NCBI GenBank assembly: GCA_039803205.1
Contig: JBDRYB010000037.1
Coordinates: 1-13,586, forward strand
Direction of reading: 5' to 3'
Length of the DNA stretch: 13,586 bases
From: a candidate division WOR-3 bacterium
GTDB lineage: Bacteria; Hydrothermota; Hydrothermia; JBDRYB01
The position numbers and the translations under genes are program-made. Positions 7,306 through 13,586 of this stretch are shown piece after piece. Under the pieces are notes generated by a model, which saw nothing but the letters and a program-made list of their open reading frames with translations, had not been told where the DNA came from and made no database searches. Position 1 is the stretch's first letter, and every line of letters starts with the position of its first letter.

Positions 7306-7350
7306 TGGAATAATCTCCCCGTCTAGCTTTAGAATTTGCCCGTGAGGAGG
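7306..7350 (+). promoter_or_regulatory. Putative promoter and ribosome-binding site of the VWA gene
   Basis: TGGAAT (7306-7311) - 18 nt - TAGAAT (7330-7335); SD GAGGAGG at 7344-7350 before ATG 7355. Confidence 0.55.
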
Positions 7351-7354
7351 TAAG

Positions 7355-9379
7355 ATGTATTTTCTCGCCATCTTGACAGCACTTGGGTTATCGCAGCTCC
7401 CCGGAGCTGGCCTGGGACTCGCCCAAGAAGAGAAGGGGGTGGACATAGTCATGCTCATGGACGAGTCCGGAAGCATGAAGAAGCTCGATCCGGAACGTTT
7501 CGCGGACGAGGCGGCGAAGCTCCTTCTGGACATAGCCAGGCTCTTCGGAAAGGAAGCCCGCGTCGCGGTCGTTGCCTACGGGGATGGCGCGAGGGTCCTT
7601 TTGCCGTTTACGGCTCTTGATTCAGCTTACGCTGGCATAAAGAACTCAATCGTTAAGATGGATAGGAACGCGCCCTTCACCGATATAAACTCTGGCCTGG
7701 AGGTGACATACGATCTCCTCGAGAAGAGGGAGGGCTTGAACCAGGCTTTTGTCGTCATACTCACTGACGGCGAGATAACGGAGCGAGACATCCCTCCGGG
7801 AACGGACATATTCGTCTATAAAGAAAAGACCGCGAGCCTGGCCGGGAATTACAACCTGAGGAACTGGCCCGTGTATACCGTGGCTTTCACCACTGGCACA
7901 ACCATATACAAGGACTTGGCCAGACAGACCGGCGCCGATTATTACGAGGTGAAAGGGCCATCGGAGGTTCCGGATGCCTACCTGAAGGTTTTTGAGGATT
8001 TCCTCCTCAGGTTCGTCAGGCGCTACCCTATTCAACAGGGCGATCATACCGAGGAGCTCATTATAGACGAATCAATATCCGAGATAACCATCGTAACTGG
8101 CAAAAAGAAGGGCGAGACCGTTGAGCTCATTGATCCAAACGGCAACCCTGTTGAGGGGGAAAGGGTGAAGGAGAAGGCATACATAATAATAAAAGTGGTC
8201 AAACCCACCCCTGGGACCTGGAGGGTTGTTTTCAAGGAGCGCGGGGCAGTAATGTATTCAATAGTCATACCGAAGATATTGGTGCCGGAGAAACCCGAAT
8301 TGCCCATTGATGAGCCCCTGAAGGTCCAGGTGAAGCTGGTCCCCACTGAGCCGGGAAAGCCCGTGTTCCCCCAGGATTTCTCCGGCGAGGCCTACATCCA
8401 TTATCCCGATGGGAAATCCGAATCTTTCATGCTATACGACGATGGCAAGCACGATGATGGGCTTCCCAATGATGGGATCCTTGGGAGGTCATACTACGCC
8501 ATATCCAACGAGGGCGACTATCACATAACTGTGGTTATCAGGCACAAGAAGACCGGCTCTGAGATAAGGGTCAAGAAACCATTGAGAATAACCTACAAAC
8601 CAAAGATAGCTGTGAGCATAGAAAACCCTGGTTTCATCGGTGAACCCATGAAGGTCTCCGCGTTCGTGGTCAACAAGGGTGGCAGGGTTTTCACAAAGGA
8701 GTCATACACCGTGGTTGTGACGGGGCCGAAGTTTGATGTAACAACCATAACCCTTAACGACAACGGGGTAGGCGGGGACGAGCAAGCCGCGGACGGGCGC
8801 TACACAGGGCTTTTTACGGCCACAAAGGACCCTGGAAGATACACATTCAGGGTTCAATCTGATTTTGAGGTCCAGCCGCTCAAGCCAGGGGAGGGCGTGA
8901 GGAGCTTCAAGGAAGAAGCCGAGGCCTACGATGAGATATGGTTATCCCTCGGTAAGGTCTCAACCCCTGGTTGCCTCTGGTTCGGCGAGCTTGCTGGCAA
9001 GACCTACGAGCACAGGATACAGCTATACTCCTATTATCCCGGCAAGGTGATGCCCAACTTCTACACATTCCTGGTGGAGAAGGAGGGCAGGCTGGATATA
9101 GGTGCGACGGTTCCTGTCATAAAGACAAAGTCAGTGCCCGAGCTTGAACAGGGAAAGCCGGACTTTCTAAGGGCAGAGGCGCAGATACCCGGGCCCACGC
9201 CCTCAGGAAGGTATATCGTGACAGCAACGGGAATGCTTCAGCCCCTTGCAAAACCCGTCAAAACCACATACGAATTCAAGACCTCCACGACGGGCAAGGT
9301 TTTTCTGACCTTCTTTGGCTTTAGCATCTTGATAGGTGGAGGCGCAGGACTTGCATACTGGCTCGCGACGAAGGATTAA
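7355..9379 (+). CDS. Exported, C-terminally membrane-anchored von Willebrand factor A (VWA) domain protein with two Asp-rich 'choice-of-anchor X'-like repeats
   Basis: Signal peptide; MIDAS motif MDESGSM plus T and ILTDG; LYDDGKHDDGLPNDGI and LNDNGVGGDEQAADGRYTG loops within Ig-like domains; C-terminal TM VFLTFFGFSILIGGGAGLAYWLA. Confidence 0.9.
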   Translation: MYFLAILTALGLSQLPGAGLGLAQEEKGVDIVMLMDESGSMKKLDPERFADEAAKLLLDIARLFGKEARVAVVAYGDGARVLLPFTALDSAYAGIKNSIVKMDRNAPFTDINSGLEVTYDLLEKREGLNQAFVVILTDGEITERDIPPGTDIFVYKEKTASLAGNYNLRNWPVYTVAFTTGTTIYKDLARQTGADYYEVKGPSEVPDAYLKVFEDFLLRFVRRYPIQQGDHTEELIIDESISEITIVTGKKKGETVELIDPNGNPVEGERVKEKAYIIIKVVKPTPGTWRVVFKERGAVMYSIVIPKILVPEKPELPIDEPLKVQVKLVPTEPGKPVFPQDFSGEAYIHYPDGKSESFMLYDDGKHDDGLPNDGILGRSYYAISNEGDYHITVVIRHKKTGSEIRVKKPLRITYKPKIAVSIENPGFIGEPMKVSAFVVNKGGRVFTKESYTVVVTGPKFDVTTITLNDNGVGGDEQAADGRYTGLFTATKDPGRYTFRVQSDFEVQPLKPGEGVRSFKEEAEAYDEIWLSLGKVSTPGCLWFGELAGKTYEHRIQLYSYYPGKVMPNFYTFLVEKEGRLDIGATVPVIKTKSVPELEQGKPDFLRAEAQIPGPTPSGRYIVTATGMLQPLAKPVKTTYEFKTSTTGKVFLTFFGFSILIGGGAGLAYWLATKD

Positions 9380-9426
9380 TAGTAAAACCCAGATTTCTCT
9401 CAGCCTGATCGCTTTGGGTCGTTGAG

Positions 9427-10098
9427 ATGAGTTCTGGGACAGAAAATCTCATTTTGATCACTGGGCCAGGGATTTTGAGACCTTCATATTGCAACTATTT
9501 GGACTGGCTTGGCTGTGATGCGAGGCTGATAACTCCAGGCGCGTGGGTCCCTGAACATTTCTCGGGCCTACTCCTATCCGGCGGGGGAGATGTGGACCCT
9601 GAGCTCTACGGGGGAGACCCTTCTGAGTGCGAGGGGGTTGATCCCGAAAGGGATGAGATGGAAATGAGGCTTCTCGGCCTCGCTGTGGACAGGCGCGTCC
9701 CTGTTTTGGGTATATGTCGGGGGGCCCAGGTCTTGAATGTCTTTCTGGGCGGAAAATTGTTCGGACACATATGTGGCCACTCCGCGCTTGGTGGGGATAG
9801 GAGGCACAATATAACCCTTGTTCGGGGGACGAGGCTGATGGACATGTTTGGCGTTGATTCCCTTGAGGTCAACAGCGCGCACCACCAAGCCATAAAGGAC
9901 CTGGGCAGGGGCCTCGTTATATCAGCCAAGGCCGAAGATGGCGTAATTGAGGCAGTTGAATTGCCCGGGGAGCATTTCGTCATGGGGGTTCAATGGCATC
10001 CAGAAAGGGATAAAAACGAGGAAGGTGTTCTCTCACCTTCCTCGCAAAGGCTAAGAGAAGCCTTCCTCCGGGAGGTCTTTCTATTTCACAACCAATAG
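9427..10098 (+). CDS. Gamma-glutamyl-gamma-aminobutyrate hydrolase family protein (PuuD-like, peptidase C26, class I glutamine amidotransferase)
   Basis: Motifs GLLLSGGGDVDP..Y, PERDEME, PVLGICRGAQ (catalytic Cys), VNSAHHQAI, DGVIEA and GVQWHPE (His-Pro-Glu). The substrate cannot be determined from sequence. Confidence 0.93.
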   Translation: MSSGTENLILITGPGILRPSYCNYLDWLGCDARLITPGAWVPEHFSGLLLSGGGDVDPELYGGDPSECEGVDPERDEMEMRLLGLAVDRRVPVLGICRGAQVLNVFLGGKLFGHICGHSALGGDRRHNITLVRGTRLMDMFGVDSLEVNSAHHQAIKDLGRGLVISAKAEDGVIEAVELPGEHFVMGVQWHPERDKNEEGVLSPSSQRLREAFLREVFLFHNQ

Positions 10099-10986
10099 CC
10101 TCGTCTCAGTTCCGTATTCCGTTGAGACCAGAACCATGTAGTTTCCGGGGCTGAGATCGGAGACATCCAGGTCAACTGAGTGCCAGCCTATATCAAAAGA
10201 GCCTCTGAGAACGGTTTTCACGAGCCTGCCCGTGAGATCGTAAAGCCCCACATCAACATTTGTCTTGCTGGGGACCGAGAACCTCAAGGTTGAACGAGAG
10301 CGCGCTGGATTCGGGCAGGGCTCCTTCACGACCGTGTGCCAGCTCACGGGTTCCTCCCAGACATCGGAGTATAGGTCATACCAGATGGTAAATCCCCAAT
10401 CGTTGCCAACCCCATATGTCGTATATATATCAACCCAAGGGCCGTTATCCTCATACACGAAGTTTATCTTTGAGGTATAGGGGTCGTTAGTTGTTGCATC
10501 CAGAGCAACGAGAGCCGAGTCGTTTCCTGACACCTGGTTTGGACTGACGAGCCACAGGATTATGCTGTCCCCAGGGTCAGTTGGTTTTATTATGGGCTCC
10601 TCTCCGGGCGGGATGTCCCCTTCTATGAGCAGGCCTGCTGGGGTTGGATAGGTTACAGTGAACTGAAGGGTGAAAAGATATGTATCCGGAGAGCCCCTTC
10701 CGTCCTGAAAGACCTGGATGCTGTCCGCGAAGTTGTTGGGCGGGAAATTGAACGCCAGGGCTATGCCCACCATGTCCAGCTTTATGCTGTCCTGAGAGGT
10801 GTATATCTTGACCTTGAATCTGGTTCCGGCGATGGCGGGGTAATACGCGTCCGCATACCAAGTCTGGTCCTCATAGCATGTGTGATACCTTAGGGTATCC
10901 GTGCTCTTTGAGGATACCAAGTCTACCGTAGCCTTGTATGGGCCTCCGAGAGCGAAGCCCAGGATGACGCTTGTTATCAGAAACAT
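10081..10986 (-). CDS. Secreted protein with a C-terminal T9SS type A/FlgD-like sorting domain
   Basis: SD AGGAGG and signal-like MFLITSVILGFALG. The C-terminus reads PNPARSRSTLRFSVP...VGLYDLTGRLVKTV...LDVSDLSPGNYMV...TRLLVVK. The N-terminal domain is unrecognised. Confidence 0.88.
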   Translation of the reverse strand: MFLITSVILGFALGGPYKATVDLVSSKSTDTLRYHTCYEDQTWYADAYYPAIAGTRFKVKIYTSQDSIKLDMVGIALAFNFPPNNFADSIQVFQDGRGSPDTYLFTLQFTVTYPTPAGLLIEGDIPPGEEPIIKPTDPGDSIILWLVSPNQVSGNDSALVALDATTNDPYTSKINFVYEDNGPWVDIYTTYGVGNDWGFTIWYDLYSDVWEEPVSWHTVVKEPCPNPARSRSTLRFSVPSKTNVDVGLYDLTGRLVKTVLRGSFDIGWHSVDLDVSDLSPGNYMVLVSTEYGTETRLLVVK

Positions 10987-11023
10987 GGCTCAACCTCCTT
11001 TTTCACCTCTTGCTAGTGGTGAG

Positions 11024-11053
11024 ATTATAATACCCCGCCATGGCGATATTCAA
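11024..11053 (-). promoter_or_regulatory. Sigma70-type promoter for the 10986 gene
   Basis: TTGAAT (11053-11048) - 18 nt - TATAAT (11029-11024); the palindrome CGCCATGGCG (11036-11045) lies in the spacer. Confidence 0.7.
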
Positions 11054-11068
11054 GCTATCGTTTAGCTC

Positions 11069-11122
11069 CAAAAATAAGATCACCCAAACGCAAAACGGCG
11101 TTTCAAAAATGTGATCACCGAA
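11069..11122. repeat. Imperfect 19-bp direct repeat in the divergent intergenic region
   Basis: CAAAAATAAGATCACCCAA (11069-11087) vs CAAAAATGTGATCACCGAA (11104-11122): 16/19 identical, 35-bp period. Confidence 0.7.
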
Positions 11123-11191
11123 TACGACCCTCAGATAGGCATGGTGGTATTTCCCTGCATTATACTTTCGAGGATAAGGGAGGTTATTCAG

Positions 11192-12787
11192 ATGAGATAC
11201 ATATCCTTGATAACCGGATTGGCTGGCCTCGTGCTGGCCCAGAGCCAGTGGTTCTCCGTGATAGGCGGGAATAGCGATGACAGGGGCCACTGCGTCCTGC
11301 GGGTTGCTGACGGAGGATTCATGGTGGCTGGTGGCCTGCAGAGCTACAGCCCAGCCTATCTCCGGTTCATGCTCTCTAAGACTGACTCCGTTGGCAACCA
11401 CATCTGGACGACGACCGTTGATGTCTCCACCACGGACAGGGATTACGCGATATCACTCATACAGACCTCTGACGGCGGGTTCGCGGCGTCCGGCCGGACA
11501 TGGATAAACTACTATGACATGCTCTTGGTGAAATACAACAGCTCTGGAAACCCCCAGTGGGTCAGGACCCTCGCTCTTGGAGACTTTGAATACGGCTACT
11601 CTTTGATAGAGGACGGAGACGGTGGCATAATCGTCGCGGATAGGACCACAACCATCTCGGGCAACGGCGATGTTCTCATAACCAAGTTCAACAGCTCCGG
11701 AACCTGGCTATGGTCAAGGAGGATAGGCGGCTCAGGGGACGATGGCGCGCAGTGCATAATCCGGACATCCGATGGTGGATACGCCATTACTGGGTGGACG
11801 GATAGCTACGGAGCAGGCGCCTACGACATCCTCGTTATGAAGTTTGATCCCTCCTGGAATATATCCTGGACAAAGACCATAGGCGGAGGCGGCTATGACC
11901 TGGGGTTCTCACTCATCCAGACCTCTGATGGAAATTTTGCAATTCTTGGTCAGACCGAGAGCTTTGGAGCTGGGGGCAGGGACATCATCCTGACAAGGCT
12001 TGATGCCTCAGGGAACCACATCTGGACGAGGACAATTGGCGGGCCTGGCAATGACGACATGGGCGGAGACCTGGGATCTCTCTATGGGGGCCGGCAGCTC
12101 ATTGTGCAGACGCCTGATGGCGGGCTCGCGCTAATCGGTTCAACCGAGAGCTATGGCGTGGGGGGACCTGACATCCTGGTAAGCAAGTTTGACATAAACG
12201 GGAACCAGATCTGGACAAGGGTATTGGGCGGAGCAAGCTATGATTATGGCTACTCAATCACGAACGCTTCCGGCAACACCCTGGCTATTGCGGGGATGAG
12301 CCAGAGCTATTACTATGGCAGTTGGGACATCGTCATGGCGAGGCTTGATGCCGGAGGAAACAACTGCGCGGGCAGTTTCATCGCCCCAACCGTGACATCC
12401 CGGACACCAACAATGACCAACCCTTCCCTGAGCCCAGTTTCCGTGACCCCGACCGTTTCCTCACCCAGCTATACGACCGCAAATCCAACGCCCCTGGACA
12501 GCATGGTTTGCCAGCAATCAGTTAACATAAGCGAGAAAGAAGAGTTATCAACAAGGCTCCGGCTAGAGAAGGGGAAGGTAATCTTCAGCTTGGCCTCGGA
12601 ATCCTGGGCAAGGCTCACGGTATATGACGCCACGGGCAGGTTGGTGGCAAGGCCAATAGACGGCATATTGCGGGCAGGGGAGCACGCGGTTGAGCTGGGC
12701 GACCTGCAAAAGGGCGTTTATCTCGTCCAACTGGATGTGGGCGCGAGTAATACGGAACCCGCAAGAGCAAAGCTGGTTATACGATAG
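11192..12787 (+). CDS. Secreted 7-bladed beta-propeller protein with a Pro/Ser/Thr heptad segment and a C-terminal T9SS-like sorting domain
   Basis: SD GGGAGG before ATG 11192, TATACT at 11161, and signal MRYISLITGLAGLVLA. Seven ~52-aa repeats W.rTiGG...D.g.sliqTsDGg..i.G.T.s.g.g..Dil..k.d..Gn follow. The C-terminus reads LTVYDATGRLV...LQKGVYLVQL...KLVIR. Confidence 0.9.
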   Translation: MRYISLITGLAGLVLAQSQWFSVIGGNSDDRGHCVLRVADGGFMVAGGLQSYSPAYLRFMLSKTDSVGNHIWTTTVDVSTTDRDYAISLIQTSDGGFAASGRTWINYYDMLLVKYNSSGNPQWVRTLALGDFEYGYSLIEDGDGGIIVADRTTTISGNGDVLITKFNSSGTWLWSRRIGGSGDDGAQCIIRTSDGGYAITGWTDSYGAGAYDILVMKFDPSWNISWTKTIGGGGYDLGFSLIQTSDGNFAILGQTESFGAGGRDIILTRLDASGNHIWTRTIGGPGNDDMGGDLGSLYGGRQLIVQTPDGGLALIGSTESYGVGGPDILVSKFDINGNQIWTRVLGGASYDYGYSITNASGNTLAIAGMSQSYYYGSWDIVMARLDAGGNNCAGSFIAPTVTSRTPTMTNPSLSPVSVTPTVSSPSYTTANPTPLDSMVCQQSVNISEKEELSTRLRLEKGKVIFSLASESWARLTVYDATGRLVARPIDGILRAGEHAVELGDLQKGVYLVQLDVGASNTEPARAKLVIR

Positions 12788-12818
12788 GGCCAGCCTGATA
12801 CCTTATAATTATCCCGCT

Positions 12819-13418
12819 ATGGCTTTTGTTCTATTAGCACTGCTCTCAACAGAACAGGACCTTGTCCCTGAGACCTACACTCTGACATACACGCCTTGGG
12901 GGGTTTCGTCAAAAGAGGCCAGGCTTCTGGTCAGGACAGAGGGAACCGAGCTCTATGTCGCGGTAAAGAAGGGGAAAAAGGTTCTCGCCTCCGGGAAAAC
13001 CCCTCTTGAGATCGTCATGTCCGAGGGAATCTATACCTTGGAGGCTGATGGATATTTCCCGCTGACCATAGGCCTCAGGAAGGGCTGGAAACTTGAGGTT
13101 GTAATCGGTTCAAAGCTCGCCCCCGCGCCTGCTGACACGGGAAGCTCAGGCGAGAGCCACATCGCGCCCGATATACCTGAGGGAGAGGGGATCCTTTCGC
13201 TTATCTGTAATATCGCGCTGGCTGATGTCTATATAGACGACTTCTTCGTAGCGGACGGGTTCACATCCGCTATTGAGGGCAAACCAAAGGACTTTGAGCT
13301 AGAGGCTGGTGAACACAGGATCATGGTCACAAAGGAGGGTTACAGGCCCTGGGAGGGTTGGGTTCTGATATATCCGGACAAGACAACTGTCCTTGAGGTG
13401 AAGCTAAAACCTCGTTAG
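12819..13418 (+). CDS. PEGA domain-containing exported protein
   Basis: The likely start is ATG 12819 (MAFVLLALLS), 9 nt after TATAAT (12804-12809). The C-terminal GILSLICNIALADVYID...LEAGEHRIMVTKEGYRPWEGWVLIYPDKTTVLEVKL is a PEGA pattern. A degenerate first copy (GKTPL...EGIYTL..DGY) precedes it. Confidence 0.85.
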   Translation: MAFVLLALLSTEQDLVPETYTLTYTPWGVSSKEARLLVRTEGTELYVAVKKGKKVLASGKTPLEIVMSEGIYTLEADGYFPLTIGLRKGWKLEVVIGSKLAPAPADTGSSGESHIAPDIPEGEGILSLICNIALADVYIDDFFVADGFTSAIEGKPKDFELEAGEHRIMVTKEGYRPWEGWVLIYPDKTTVLEVKLKPR

Positions 13419-13461
13419 GGCTGTTATTCCATCGTTTGCCCCAATAAGATGCTGACTGTCC

Positions 13462-13586
13462 CTACAAGATCACCACCCTGAAACGCTTTTCGTATCCGGC
13501 TATCCTTATCCAGAGGTAGTATACCCCTGGCCCGAGCTTTCTGACTGGGATCCTTATCTCCTCTCCCTCCTTGACCTCCCTCGCGA
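13462..13586 (-). CDS. C-terminal 40 aa of a protein ending in a T9SS-like sorting domain; runs off the window's right edge
   Basis: The minus strand reads AREVKEGEEIRIPVRKLGPGVYYLWIRIAGYEKRFRVVIL* (TAG at 13464-13462), matching the L..GVY.L......K.VI tail of the other two CTD proteins. Confidence 0.75.
   Translation of the reverse strand, partial: AREVKEGEEIRIPVRKLGPGVYYLWIRIAGYEKRFRVVIL

Noticed and set aside
7216..7533. 106-aa N-terminal extension of the first GWxTD ORF
   Set aside because: It overlaps the divergent VWA gene and its promoter, looks like antisense sequence, and a -10 box plus hydrophobic N-terminus mark 7215/7209.
9294..9379. GlyGly-CTERM/rhombosortase signal on the VWA protein
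   Set aside because: The glycines lie within or after the hydrophobic stretch rather than before it, and there is no basic tail; treated as a plain TM anchor.
11396..12029. Exact 16-bp repeat AACCACATCTGGACGA (11396 and 12014) and similar repeats, as a CRISPR array or DGR template/variable repeat
   Set aside because: They are in-frame copies of propeller blade motifs (NHIWT, SLIQTSDG). There is no regular spacer pattern, adenine-specific variation, cas gene or reverse transcriptase.
1244..12666. Numerous alternative-frame and antisense ORFs (e.g. 1639-2106, 3973-4413, 4265-4693, 4803-5249, 6299-6994, 9606-9983, 11003-11401)
   Set aside because: They lie largely or wholly over well-supported genes, have no recognisable motifs, and are expected shadows in GC-rich coding DNA.
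13416..13464. Bidirectional terminator between the convergent PEGA and CTD genes
   Set aside because: Only TAGGG/CCCTA pair cleanly; the rest is imperfect and there are no U-tracts.

Overview
This is a gene-dense bacterial chromosomal window, rich in exported and envelope proteins. The gene content (GWxTD proteins, T9SS/FlgD-like C-terminal sorting domains, an Omp85-like barrel) and frequent AGG/ATA codons suggest a diderm FCB-group or WOR-3-like organism; this assignment is inference only. From left to right it contains: the 3' end and probable right end of an IS256/Mutator-like (ISLre2/ISKra4/ISH6-type) element, tRNA-Pro(TGG), and two tandem paralogous membrane proteins of unknown function. 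Next is a minus-strand run, in transcription order, of two GWxTD proteins, a DUF4097-like/Omp85-like barrel protein, xerC and an OB-fold lipoprotein. Then come a divergent membrane-anchored VWA protein, a PuuD-like glutamine amidotransferase, three proteins ending in a T9SS-like sorting domain (one a 7-bladed beta-propeller) and a PEGA protein. The most interesting observations are: (i) a possible undescribed outer-membrane module made of the GWxTD pair plus a POTRA-less Omp85-like barrel; (ii) a Cys-closed 7x7-residue segment after the 7-bladed propeller; (iii) promoter-like motifs that all have an 18-bp spacer, several apparently leaderless; (iv) very short, uncharged N-terminal export signals. 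All family calls come from motif recognition by eye; no searches were run.
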